A stretch of 64,000 bases of DNA from Nostoc sp. DedSLP01 (GTDB lineage: Bacteria; Cyanobacteriota; Cyanobacteriia; Cyanobacteriales; Nostocaceae), in assembly GCA_034530875.2 (NCBI GenBank), contig JAVRCJ020000010.1:96001-160000 (forward strand). The letters run 5' to 3'. Below are positions 31,617-41,653 of this stretch, piece after piece (position 1 is the first letter of the stretch; each line of letters begins with the position of its first letter). The notes below the pieces were generated by a model that saw nothing but the letters and a program-made list of their open reading frames with translations, did no database searches and was not told the origin of the DNA. The translations under genes and the position numbers were made by a program.

Positions 31617-32747
31617 ATGTCTATCGAAATCATAGAAGTTAATAACTCACGCAAAAAACGATTGTTTTTTGAATACAATTATCAACTTTATAAAAACGAT
31701 CCATATTGGGTTTCCTGGCCTGCTACCGATCTTGTCAAGATGTTCGAGCCAGAGCAATGCCCATTTTACCAGCATGGGATTGTAGAAGCATGGCTGGCTT
31801 ACCAAAACGGAAAAATAGTTGGTCGGATTGCAGGTTCCATCGATCGCACTTATAACCAAACCTACGATACACAAACCGCCTTTTTTGGATTTTATGAATG
31901 CATTGATGACCTAGATGTATCAAAGAAATTATTTGAACAGGTTGAGAATTGGGCCAAGTTTCATGGAATGACACAGCTATTAGGGCCTTTTTCTCTGTCT
32001 CCGATTTATGGGGCTGGAATGCTCGTTGCCGGATTTGATGATATCCCATACGTAGCCATGCCCTACAATCAATCATACTATCCAAACCAATTAGAATCCT
32101 TGGGCTTCAAAAAAGCTAAAGACTATAGGGCCTTCAGAATTCAAGGAGAACTGACTATCCCTGAGTTCTTGACAAAAAATGCCCAAAGGTGGAGGAATAA
32201 ACGAATCACCTATCGCCAGTTGAATTTGTATAAGCTTGCGCAAGAATCTAACCTGCTTTGCGACCTCTACAATGATGCTTTTGCGGGTGAATGGGGGTAT
32301 ATCTGCATTGAACCCTTGGAATTTTATCAATTGGTGTTGGATTGGGTGAAGGTAATTGACCCTCGACTATTTCTGTTTGTGCTTGTAGACGGTAATCCTG
32401 TTGGTTTTGGTATGCTCATACCAGATGTTTTTCAAACTATGCATGAGAGCAAAACTTTAGTGGGATTACTACGGTATTTAGGGCGACGTATCTTCACTTT
32501 AGGGCGTGAAAATGGAATTACGCGTTACCGTTTAGATAACTTGTGCATTCGCAAAAAATATCAATCTTTGGGTTTAGGAGTTCTCCTTTGGTGGCAGATA
32601 ATGCAACAGTATTTGGCTTCTAACTATAGCGAAATTGAGTTTTCACCAATTTTAGAAGATAACATCATGGCTCAAACACTATTACTCAAACTTGAGGCTA
32701 AACGTTCCAAAGTTTATCGAGTTTTTGAAAAATCTTGGTGTAATTAA
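31617..32747 (+). CDS. YghO / bacterial ceramide-synthase-like tandem GNAT acyltransferase
   Basis: VGRIAG..D..YN, FFGFYECIDD, LLGPFS, GMLVAGFD..P..MPYN..YY..LE.LGF.KAKD, ILEDN..., K.YRVFEK. Confidence 0.75.
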   Translation: MSIEIIEVNNSRKKRLFFEYNYQLYKNDPYWVSWPATDLVKMFEPEQCPFYQHGIVEAWLAYQNGKIVGRIAGSIDRTYNQTYDTQTAFFGFYECIDDLDVSKKLFEQVENWAKFHGMTQLLGPFSLSPIYGAGMLVAGFDDIPYVAMPYNQSYYPNQLESLGFKKAKDYRAFRIQGELTIPEFLTKNAQRWRNKRITYRQLNLYKLAQESNLLCDLYNDAFAGEWGYICIEPLEFYQLVLDWVKVIDPRLFLFVLVDGNPVGFGMLIPDVFQTMHESKTLVGLLRYLGRRIFTLGRENGITRYRLDNLCIRKKYQSLGLGVLLWWQIMQQYLASNYSEIEFSPILEDNIMAQTLLLKLEAKRSKVYRVFEKSWCN

Positions 32748-32904
32748 TTATCAGAATTTAGGAGTCATAATTACAATCAATACTACTCACTTTGTGCATT
32801 TTGAACTCAGAATTTGGTTTGGGGAAAATGTTACTGGGGTTGGGTTAAAGGTTTTTTCTTTCCCTTTTCCCCTTCCCCTTTTTCCTTTAACCTTTCCAAG
32901 AGCT

Positions 32905-34071
32905 TTAAAATATATCCGCAGGGTCAGCTTTGCTTAATTTATTAACCGCAATTCCTCCAGAAATAAAACACATGATAACTGTCAACAACAGCACAACAAT
33001 AGCGCGGCTAGTTGTCATCATAATTGGTAATCTGGTAGCTAATTGGGCAAAATGATACATTCCCAAAGAGAGAGCACAACCTGGGATGAAGCCGATGAAT
33101 GCTAAAATCAATGATTCTTGAAAAATGACAAGTATTAAGTAGCGATCGCTATATCCCATTGCTTTTAATGTCGCGTATTCTGGTAAATGATCCGAGACAT
33201 CAGCATATAGAATTTGGTAAACAATCACTGTACCAACGATAAAAGCCACTATCGAACCTAATCCAAATATAAATCCGATAGGAGTAGCATTTGCCCAATA
33301 TTCTTTCTCTCGCGCAGCTAATTCGTGTTGTGTCAACACCAGAACATCTGATGGCAAAACTCTTTGTATATTTGCTTTTACCTGTTCGATATCTGCATCT
33401 GATTTCAGCCTGATTAGACCTATATCAATTTGATCTGGCCGACGGTTAGGAAATAACTTCATAAAAGTTGATTCGCTAGTAATCAGGTTACCATCAGCGG
33501 CAAAAGATGCCCCTAAGCTAAATATTCCAGCTGCTTGAATCAAAACATTGTTAACTTCTGTTTCTATAGAGCCTGACCTTTGTACAAGTTCGGGGATTGG
33601 GCCGTATTCTGCTCGTCCTATTCGGTCAAATAAGACACGATTGAGCATTTTTAAGTCATCCAAATGTTGATTCACCTCTGGTAACTTAAAAGCAGAATTC
33701 GCTGGATCTATGCCAAAAATTAGAATGCGGCGATCCTTATGCGTAATAGGATTGCGCCACTGTCCAGAATCAATATATAGGTAGCTAACAGATGTCACAC
33801 CCTCAAATCCCGCAGCTTGATATAACCGTTGTGCGGAAAAACTCTTGACAGAAAAGACTGTTTCAAACTGGGGACTAATTAAGAAAAGATCGCCTTGTAG
33901 AGAATATTGGGGTCTAACAGCAGCATTGTAGAGCGCACTTCTAAACCCAAATTGTACAAACATCAAAATATCTGCAAATGCGATTCCCACAATCGCAACT
34001 GTCAAGCGAGTTTTTTCCCTCGACATTTGCAACCAAGCTAAGGGGGTTTTATAAAATAATTTACGCAACAT
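32905..34071 (-). CDS. devC: DevC-type ABC exporter permease
   Basis: KTPLAWLQ, GIAFADILMFVQFGF, VIVYQILYADVSDHLPEYATLKAMGY and ADPADIF C-terminus. Confidence 0.92.
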   Translation of the reverse strand: MLRKLFYKTPLAWLQMSREKTRLTVAIVGIAFADILMFVQFGFRSALYNAAVRPQYSLQGDLFLISPQFETVFSVKSFSAQRLYQAAGFEGVTSVSYLYIDSGQWRNPITHKDRRILIFGIDPANSAFKLPEVNQHLDDLKMLNRVLFDRIGRAEYGPIPELVQRSGSIETEVNNVLIQAAGIFSLGASFAADGNLITSESTFMKLFPNRRPDQIDIGLIRLKSDADIEQVKANIQRVLPSDVLVLTQHELAAREKEYWANATPIGFIFGLGSIVAFIVGTVIVYQILYADVSDHLPEYATLKAMGYSDRYLILVIFQESLILAFIGFIPGCALSLGMYHFAQLATRLPIMMTTSRAIVVLLLTVIMCFISGGIAVNKLSKADPADIF

Positions 34072-34410
34072 AAATGTAAATTTTTTGGCAAAAATAAGGG
34101 ATGGAGAATTAATTTGTAAAACAGGGACTATATTTTTTTGGTTTCACTTTTCCACAGAAGTGAAAATTCGGTATAAAAATTCATTATGTAAATTTTACCT
34201 ATCGTTGTACAGTTATATTGTTTTAATTGGAAAAAATAAAATTGTTTTTGGTGAATCTTTGATGAAGCAGCAGTGAATACTCTGAGATAATACTTAAAAA
34301 TTTTTACACAGGTAATTTCCACTATGTAAGTTGGTTTAACATTCGATGAATGCATCGTGCATTAGGGTAGCGATCGCTATAAATTTGTACAAAGCCAAGG
34401 GTATTCAATT

Positions 34411-35433
34411 ATGGTTACCAAATGCGGACTAACACTAGGTAAATATGCACCTCTGCACAAAGGACACCAATTTGTGATTGAGACGGCTTTAGCAGAGATG
34501 GATGAAGTAGTAGCGATAATTTATGATTGTCCGGAGGTGACTCCCATTCCTTTAACGGTTCGCGCTAACTGGCTGCGAAAACTTTATCCTACGGTTCGGG
34601 CGATCGAGGCGTGGGATGGGCCAACAGAGGTTGGCGATACGCCTGAAATTAAGAAAAAGCATGAAGAATATATCTTGAAAAAATTAGAATCAAAAAGGAT
34701 TACACATTTTTACTGTAGTGAATTTTATGGCGAACACGTAAGCCAAGCATTGGGAGCAGTTAACCGAATTGTAGATAGCGATCGCAAAATTTTTCCAATT
34801 TCTGGAACACAAATCAGACAAAATCCTTATGCTTTTAAGGAATATTTACATCCTGATATTTATTGCGACCTAATTACTAACGTTGTTTTTCTAGGCGCTC
34901 CCTCGACTGGTAAAACGACTATTGCATCAGAATTAGCAAAAGAGTACAAAACTGTATGGATGCCAGAATACGGGCGCGAATATTGGGAAAAATATCAAAT
35001 AGAAAGACGCCTTTCGCTCTTGCAACTTGTAGAAATTGCTCAAGGGCATTTAGAACGTGAAAAAACTTTATTATTACAAGCAAACCAATACTTGTTTACA
35101 GATACTAACGCACTAACAACCTATCAATTTTCTTTGTACTATCACAAAACTGTTGCTCCAGAGTTAATAAAACTAGCACATCAAGCTGTATCCCGCTATG
35201 ATTTAGTATTCCTTTGTGATACGGATATACCTTACGATGATACTTGCGATCGCTCTGGAGAAGCAAACCGCAATATATTCCAAAAACAAATTAAGAGCGA
35301 TTTAATTACTAGAAAAATTCCTTTCTTTACTTTGTCTGGGAATCTAAATACACGCATTAATTTTGTGAAAAAAATATTGTCTTCTTATCAAAAGTATCAT
35401 AGTTTATTAGATTTATTGGTGAAATTCAATTAA
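34411..35433 (+). CDS. nadR: NadR-like NMN adenylyltransferase / ribosylnicotinamide kinase (no HTH)
   Basis: GKYAPLHKGH (HxGH), GAPSTGKTT P-loop and EYGREY; directly upstream of pnuC. Confidence 0.88.
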   Translation: MVTKCGLTLGKYAPLHKGHQFVIETALAEMDEVVAIIYDCPEVTPIPLTVRANWLRKLYPTVRAIEAWDGPTEVGDTPEIKKKHEEYILKKLESKRITHFYCSEFYGEHVSQALGAVNRIVDSDRKIFPISGTQIRQNPYAFKEYLHPDIYCDLITNVVFLGAPSTGKTTIASELAKEYKTVWMPEYGREYWEKYQIERRLSLLQLVEIAQGHLEREKTLLLQANQYLFTDTNALTTYQFSLYYHKTVAPELIKLAHQAVSRYDLVFLCDTDIPYDDTCDRSGEANRNIFQKQIKSDLITRKIPFFTLSGNLNTRINFVKKILSSYQKYHSLLDLLVKFN

Positions 35434-35434
35434 T

Positions 35435-36085
35435 ATGTTTGATTTTTGGAGTATTAATAATATTGCCTTCCAAGTTTTAGAGTATCCCATGAGTTATGTT
35501 GAACTTTTGGGAACTATTTTCTATTTGTGGTCAGTATGGCTAATTTCTAAAAAGAAAATTTTGACTTGGCCTGTTGGGATAGTCAGTGTATTGCTGTACA
35601 TGGTACTTTTCTATCAAATCCGCTTGTATTCGGACATGATAGAGCAAGTTTATTATTTAGGTGTTAGTGTTTATGGCTGGTGGCAATGGAATAGACCAGA
35701 ATCAGCTAGTGGCGAAATTTTCCATGTTAGATATAGTTATCCACGTACAATGATTTTGGCTGTTTCAGTAACAGTAGCAATTTCCTTGGCAATGGGAGCA
35801 TTAATGAGTCAAATTCATACAATACTGCCAGCACTATTTCCAGAGAAAGCTTCTTTTCCTTACTTAGATGCCCTCACAACAATTATGAGTTTTACTGCAA
35901 TGTGGCTAATGGCACAAAAGCGGATTGAAAGTTGGTATTACTGGATAGTAGTTGATATTATTGGCATTTGGTTGTATTACATGAAAGGAATTAAATTCGT
36001 TGCTTTACTTTATGTAATTTTGCTGTTTATGGCGATTAACGGTTTAATATCTTGGCTCAAGACAGCTAAAATTAGAAATATTTGA
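35435..36085 (+). CDS. pnuC: PnuC nicotinamide riboside transporter
   Basis: Multi-TM; YGWWQW, PYLDALTT, WLMAQKRIESWYYWIVVD. Confidence 0.92.
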   Translation: MFDFWSINNIAFQVLEYPMSYVELLGTIFYLWSVWLISKKKILTWPVGIVSVLLYMVLFYQIRLYSDMIEQVYYLGVSVYGWWQWNRPESASGEIFHVRYSYPRTMILAVSVTVAISLAMGALMSQIHTILPALFPEKASFPYLDALTTIMSFTAMWLMAQKRIESWYYWIVVDIIGIWLYYMKGIKFVALLYVILLFMAINGLISWLKTAKIRNI

Positions 36086-36266
36086 ATTGATTTATAAAAT
36101 TCGATTCCAATCAGCTATCATATTTGGCAAATTTCTGAGGAATTTGGGTAATACCGTTTCTTTGTGATTACCTAGTTTCAAAACAGATGAAATATTTATT
36201 TGCAACTCCCTAAACTGACGGTGGTTTGTATGTTAACTCGCTTTTTGGCTCCAACTTTCGTAACAC

Positions 36267-36395
36267 TATTAAACAATCGTAGTAAAATTGAAAGTCAGCT
36301 TTAATTGCTTCTAAATCTTCATTAAAAATGCGATCGCTACAAAAATGCATACCAAAAGCATCACGGGTATAGAGGATTTGGGTTTTGCGATCGCA
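36267..36395 (-). pseudogene. Fragment of a flavodiiron (diflavin flavoprotein, Flv-type) gene
   Basis: The minus strand reads DRKTQILYTRDAFGMHFCSDRIFNEDLEAIKADFQFYYDCL, matching the DAFGMH...FYYDCL segment of cyanobacterial Flv proteins; the rest of the gene is absent. Confidence 0.8.
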
Positions 36396-36709
36396 AAAGC
36401 ACCATACTCATAATTTGCCCGTTGCCCTTGCATCTAATGCAGCACATCTTTTCGCATTGGCTGTTGACAGTTAACAATTAACATTTATACCAATTCCAAA
36501 AATCTTTACAACACATCAAAAATCTGTAGGGGCACAAAGCTTTGCGCCCTTACGATACTTCTGCCTCATTCTCGTTTCAAATTGATATTAACAGTCAGCA
36601 ATCAACAGCTTAGTTACTGTTCAAATCTTGTTATCTGCGTAATCTCATTCAGAGAAAAAACTTTTTACTAAAATTTTTGATAAAGTCAACGTTTAATTAC
36701 ATAGTTGAA

Positions 36710-36737
36710 TTGACTTTCCCAACCAAGTTGGTATAAT
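36710..36737 (+). promoter_or_regulatory. Sigma70-type promoter upstream of modA1
   Basis: TTGACT-N16-TATAAT with an extended -10 (TGGTATAAT). Confidence 0.55.
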
Positions 36738-36756
36738 AATCCCAATCAAAAAAGTA

Positions 36757-36780
36757 AATGCGTATAAAAAAATACGCATT
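36757..36780. promoter_or_regulatory. Perfect palindromic operator containing GTA-N8-TAC
   Basis: AATGCGTAT-AAAAAA-ATACGCATT just downstream of the -10. Confidence 0.55.
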
Positions 36781-36816
36781 CAATACTAATGAATAATTCA
36801 TAAAGTTTAAATGCTC

Positions 36817-36925
36817 ATACCGTTTCTTTGTGAAGTTGCATACATTTACTCTCCGGCTACGCCCCTTAGCAAGGGGTGACTATAGGGGGGTCTTGATTGT
36901 GTAGATCTTCATACAGAATTGGTAT
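36817..36925. repeat. Small MITE-like dispersed repeat
   Basis: Terminal IR ataccgtttctttgtgaag / cttcatacagaattggtat; internal ccccttagcaagggg hairpin. The left end recurs at ~36151. Confidence 0.6.
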
Positions 36926-37183
36926 CAAATCAAATACTGTTTGAGCGTTGGTTAAGCTAATAGACATTTTTGAAAGTACATATATGCTTCTGTTGACTAT
37001 TGAGTATTAACTGTTGATAGTCAACTATCAGCAGTCAGCAAACCTGACGAGTGACTATGCAATAAATACACCAGAGTTCAGACTTAGCTTGTAGTTTACC
37101 AATTTGAAATCTGCTCTATGTGTTTTAGCTTACCAAAAACAAAATAAGTAATTTTTTCCTTACTCATGGATGATTAAAAAATC

Positions 37184-38104
37184 ATGAAAAAGCATTTGCT
37201 TGCCGCTTCACTAACTATATTTGCTGTTCATATTACCCTAATGAAACAGACTTTAGCAGCTACACTAGCTACACCCCCTGAGGTGACTTTATATGCTGCT
37301 GGCAGTTTGAGGGGTGCGCTAACAGAGGTTGCTAGTGCTTTTACCCAGGAATTTGGTATTCCAGTCAGAACAGAATTTGCCTCTTCTGGTTCGTTGAAAG
37401 ATCGTTTGTTGGCAGGGGAAAAGGCAGATATCTTCGCTAGTGCCGATTTAGGTAATGCCATTACACTGAATCAAAATAACTTAAGTGGAGAAGTCAAAAC
37501 ATTTGCCAAAAATCCTATCTATGCGATCGCCACACCTAGAGTGTCGCTGACAACAGAGAATCTGCTCGATAAGTTTCTCGATCCCAATATTAAATTAGGT
37601 ATTTCTAAACCTGTAAGCGATCCGTTGGGAGATTATGGGATCGAAGTATTTCGCAAAGCTGACCAAATTCGTCCAGGCAGCTTTGCCCAACTCAATGGTA
37701 AAGCCGTAATCTTATCAGGAACATTGCCTCCACAGAGGAATAGTCCGGGGGGTAGTATAGTCTACTATCTGCAAGATATCAACAAGGCAGACATCTATTT
37801 GGTGTACTACACCAGTGCTTTATCTGCTCAACAAATTTCACCAAGTTTACAGATAGTAGAATTGCCAGATAGCTTAAAAACCCAAGCTGACTATGGTTTG
37901 ACAGTATTCAAGGATGCGAATCCTGGAGGTTCAAAACTAGCTGATTATATCCTTTCACCAACTGGACAAAAAATACTAGCAAAGTATGGATTTAATAGTC
38001 CTAAGTCAGTTCCCGAACCTCAAGGAGTTGGTGGAGTTTTACTTGGTCTGAGTGTAGCTTTTGCCTTGCAGAGAAAATTGGCTGCCAAACAGAAAAAAGT
38101 TTAA
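37184..38104 (+). CDS. modA: ModA-like molybdate-binding protein with C-terminal PEP-CTERM signal
   Basis: YAAGSL, FASSG.L, ADIFASA, DPLGDY, ILAKYGF, then VPEP + TM + basic tail. Confidence 0.85.
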   Translation: MKKHLLAASLTIFAVHITLMKQTLAATLATPPEVTLYAAGSLRGALTEVASAFTQEFGIPVRTEFASSGSLKDRLLAGEKADIFASADLGNAITLNQNNLSGEVKTFAKNPIYAIATPRVSLTTENLLDKFLDPNIKLGISKPVSDPLGDYGIEVFRKADQIRPGSFAQLNGKAVILSGTLPPQRNSPGGSIVYYLQDINKADIYLVYYTSALSAQQISPSLQIVELPDSLKTQADYGLTVFKDANPGGSKLADYILSPTGQKILAKYGFNSPKSVPEPQGVGGVLLGLSVAFALQRKLAAKQKKV

Positions 38105-38219
38105 GTGAGCGATGTCTATCTACAAGTAGCTTTGCTTCTATATACTCTCGCAAAGTAATCAATATAGGTAAAAATTTTTATGATTTTTACCTAAGATTCA
38201 TCAGATTTACAATTAAACC

Positions 38220-39515
38220 ATGCAAATTTTGATTTATTCCTATAATTATTATCCAGAGCCGATAGGAATAGCGCCTTTAATGACTGAACTAGCAGAAGGG
38301 TTGGTAAAGCAAGGTCATGAGGTACGGGTGGTCACTGGAATGCCTAATTATCCACAACGTCAAATTTACGAAGCTTATAAAGGAAAGTGGTATCTTACAG
38401 AAAAAATTAATGGTGTCACAGTTCAACGCAGTTATTTGCGAATTAAATCAAAACCTAATTTAATTGATAGGTTATTGTTAGAGTTAAGTTTCATTTTTAC
38501 TAGTTTACCCCAAGCTATTAAAGGCAAACGACCAGATGTCATTCTCCTAACAATACCACCATTATTAGTTACCTTGCCAGCAGCTTTACTAGGAAAAATA
38601 TATAAATGTCCTGTAGTTTTGAATGTACAAGATATTTTACCAGAAGCAGCTGTACGTGTTGGGTTAATAACAAATAAATGTATGATTTATTTTTGCCAAA
38701 TTTTAGAAAAATTTGGCTATCATCATGCCCAAAGTATTACTGCGATCGCTGATAGCTTTTTAGAGAATTTAGTCAACAAGCAAGTACCTCCAAACAAAAT
38801 TGTTTGTATTCCTAACTGGGTAAATATTAATTTTATTCACCCTTTACCAAAAGCGAATAACCCTTGGAAAATTTCCCATCAGTTAGATGGAAAATTTGTG
38901 GTTATGTACTCCGGCAATATTGCCCTGACGCAAGGTTTAGAAACAGTAGTAGCTGCGGCAGCACGTTTGCATCATATTACCGATATCACCTTTGTAATTG
39001 CTGGAGAAGCCCTCGCTCTTTGCAGATTACAAGAGTATTGTTTGTCTTGTAGAGCAAATAATGTTTTACTCTTACCATTACAACCGCGAGAACAACTACC
39101 ACAAATGCTAGCCGCAGCTGATGTGGGGTTGATTGTCCAAAAGCGAAATGTGATTTCCTTTAATATGCCTTCTAAAATTCCCCTACTGCTAGCGAGTGGC
39201 CGTCCAATAATTGGTTCTGTACCTGCAAACGGCACAGCTGCTAAAGCAATTCGAGAAAGCGGTGGAGGTATAATTGTCGAGCCAGAGTCAGCAGATGCTC
39301 TAGCTGATGCAGTGTTGAAGTTATATTACGATCGGCAGCTAACAGAGCAGTTAGGCAACAAAGGCAGACAGTTTGCTGTTGAACATTATGCTTTTGAAGA
39401 GGCAATTGCAAGGTATGAAACTGTATTTATGGATGCGATCGCCAAACGCACATCTATAGATAGTGCTTTAAAAATAAATTCCCCAGAATCAGTTGCTGAT
39501 AATCTTTTGATTTAA
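38220..39515 (+). CDS. Glycosyltransferase family 4, WcaI-like
   Basis: MQILIYSYNYYPEPIGI, VTGMPNYP, YSGNI, MPSKI. Confidence 0.92.
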   Translation: MQILIYSYNYYPEPIGIAPLMTELAEGLVKQGHEVRVVTGMPNYPQRQIYEAYKGKWYLTEKINGVTVQRSYLRIKSKPNLIDRLLLELSFIFTSLPQAIKGKRPDVILLTIPPLLVTLPAALLGKIYKCPVVLNVQDILPEAAVRVGLITNKCMIYFCQILEKFGYHHAQSITAIADSFLENLVNKQVPPNKIVCIPNWVNINFIHPLPKANNPWKISHQLDGKFVVMYSGNIALTQGLETVVAAAARLHHITDITFVIAGEALALCRLQEYCLSCRANNVLLLPLQPREQLPQMLAAADVGLIVQKRNVISFNMPSKIPLLLASGRPIIGSVPANGTAAKAIRESGGGIIVEPESADALADAVLKLYYDRQLTEQLGNKGRQFAVEHYAFEEAIARYETVFMDAIAKRTSIDSALKINSPESVADNLLI

Positions 39516-39847
39516 AATTTTCTCCTGCTTACAACAAGGGTGTAGTCGGAATTCCAAATTACTAGCTAAATCCGGGAGCAATTTTTATCTCCATAAAGTT
39601 TATTTATGCAAACGACTTCACCCAACTAAGAACTCATACTTGATTTGTCATCAAAGTTTTACCAATTTATTTGGTAAATACCTACTTTACTGGTATAATC
39701 TCATCATTCTATCCTTTTTACTCTCTGTTTAGGTAAACCTACTGGAAAATATCAGTTTGTATTGTCGGAAATGCTTTGGGCGATTCCGACTCACTTATCT
39801 ATTTCCAGGTATCGAAGTATGGGAGTAATAGGGTTTTATTTCAAAAT

Positions 39848-40702
39848 ATGACTTTCATGAACAGAAGAAAATTTGTTACTTGGATGGCTACGGCAGCTGC
39901 CAGCATGATGCTGGTAATAGGTTTGCAATTTGTCAATTTATCACCAGCAAAGTCTGCAACCACAGTTAATGTATATGCAGCTGTCAGCTTAACAAACGCG
40001 CTGAATGCTATTAAGACTCAGTACCAAAATGCTAATCCAGGTGTGACCATTAATTACACATTTGGAGCTTCTGGTACTTTGCTCAGTCAAATACAAGGAG
40101 GCGCAACGGCAGATATTTTTATCTCTGCTGCAACCGAACAAATAGATGTTTTGCAGAATGCAAGTAAATTGGTTGCAAATAGTCGTAAAAACATTGCCAA
40201 AAATCGTCTAGTTTTGATTGTTCCAACGACATCTCCCAGCCCTGGTAGTACTGCTCTTGCTAGCTTTAATGGCCTGACCAACGCCAACATTCGTGGCATT
40301 GCGATCGGTGACTACAAAGGTACTCCGCCACTTGTACCAGCAGGAAATTATGCCAAAGAAGTTCTCACTAGTCGGGGTATTTTTAATACTGTCAGTCCTA
40401 AACTATACCTGGCTAGCAATGTGCGTAACGTTTTAACTGCCGTTGAAAATAAAACTCTTGTTGTTGGAGGCGTCAATAAAACTATTGACGCAGGTATCGT
40501 TTATAAAACTGATGCTCTCACTTCTAACAAAGTAAGGGTCGTAAATACTTCTTTAACAACAGAGAGCGATCCGATTATTTACCCACTAGGTATACTCACT
40601 AGAACCACAGTTTTATCAACAGCACAGAGTTTTTCTAACTACTTAAGCAGTACTACCGCCCAGAGTATCCTCAGAAATAACTATGGATTCCTTGCACCTT
40701 AA
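39848..40702 (+). CDS. modA: ModA molybdate ABC transporter substrate-binding protein
   Basis: MNRRKF signal; YAAVSL, FGASG.L..QI..GA.ADIFISA, NRLVL, VPAGNYA, DAGIVYKTDA. Start is 39848 or 39857. Confidence 0.9.
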   Translation: MTFMNRRKFVTWMATAAASMMLVIGLQFVNLSPAKSATTVNVYAAVSLTNALNAIKTQYQNANPGVTINYTFGASGTLLSQIQGGATADIFISAATEQIDVLQNASKLVANSRKNIAKNRLVLIVPTTSPSPGSTALASFNGLTNANIRGIAIGDYKGTPPLVPAGNYAKEVLTSRGIFNTVSPKLYLASNVRNVLTAVENKTLVVGGVNKTIDAGIVYKTDALTSNKVRVVNTSLTTESDPIIYPLGILTRTTVLSTAQSFSNYLSSTTAQSILRNNYGFLAP

Positions 40703-40765
40703 TGACTACAAAGTAAACCAATTAAGTTGTTGTCTTGAATTTTGAAGTATTTGGAGTTATGTCTT

Positions 40766-41392
40766 GTGAAGTTCACTAAAAAACTCTCAGTTATTTTTTG
40801 TAGTCTAACTACCGCCTTGTTTTATACTGCTACGCTCACCAATACTTATAACTCAACTGCACAAGCAGAAGGACAAGAGTTAATTATCAATGGAAGCTTT
40901 GAAAATGACGATCTTGTAAATCCCAATGAACCCGATACTCCAAATCCTAATATTACGGGATGGACTAAATCTGGCGATTTGTTAGCTGCATCAGGTGTTA
41001 GAATCAGCAACTTTGCTAATACTGGTAAGCAAGGTTTATCGCTTGGTGCATTCTCAGACATTAGCTACGTATCACAAACTATACCTACAGTTCGCGGTCA
41101 ACACTATCAACTTACATACTATTTAGCATCCATAGAAGAGGCACCCGAACTGAAGAATAAATTTCAGGTTTTTGTAGGTGGAAAGAAAGTTGACGTGAAA
41201 AATAATACTTCTTTCCAATCCTATACCCAATACAAGCTGAATTTTAAAGCAAAAGGAACTTCCACTGAAATCAAGTTTGGTTCCAAAGCCAAGTATGCAT
41301 TTTTATATTTGGATGATGTGAGTGTAAAAGCTACGCTTGAACGTCCAGGAGAAAAGTATGGAGATGAAGTCATAGATGATAAAGATGAATAA
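40766..41392 (+). CDS. Secreted galactose-binding/DUF642-like beta-sandwich protein with acidic tail
   Basis: Signal peptide; INGSFE..GW..LSQT...YQLTY..LDDVSV. Paralogue of the next gene (shared NPNITGWTKSGD). Probable GTG start at 40766. Confidence 0.75.
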   Translation: MKFTKKLSVIFCSLTTALFYTATLTNTYNSTAQAEGQELIINGSFENDDLVNPNEPDTPNPNITGWTKSGDLLAASGVRISNFANTGKQGLSLGAFSDISYVSQTIPTVRGQHYQLTYYLASIEEAPELKNKFQVFVGGKKVDVKNNTSFQSYTQYKLNFKAKGTSTEIKFGSKAKYAFLYLDDVSVKATLERPGEKYGDEVIDDKDE

Positions 41393-41653
41393 ACCATAAG
41401 TCTAAATCTCAGCAATGCCTGGCTCCACAGTGTCGAGAAAGAATGCCACTAAAATTTATCTGATTGAAATTCTTTATCATTGGTTGATTAAGAAAAATTG
41501 CTTTGGATGTCTGAATCATTCTCCACATCTATAGCTAAGTCATATATACCAGAATAAAGTGCCGAGTTTTATTGACACTGCTGAGAGCCAACATCAATGT
41601 AACTATCTACTTTTTTAACTGTTGCAATTTGGAATTATTCGGAGTCAAGTTTG

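Noticed and set aside
34411..36085. nadR-pnuC as part of the halogenase cluster
   Set aside because: This is a standard NAD-salvage pair, divergent from devC, with no evidence of linkage.
39540..39847. Canonical Moco riboswitch
   Set aside because: The consensus elements were not recognisable; kept only as an unassigned structured leader.
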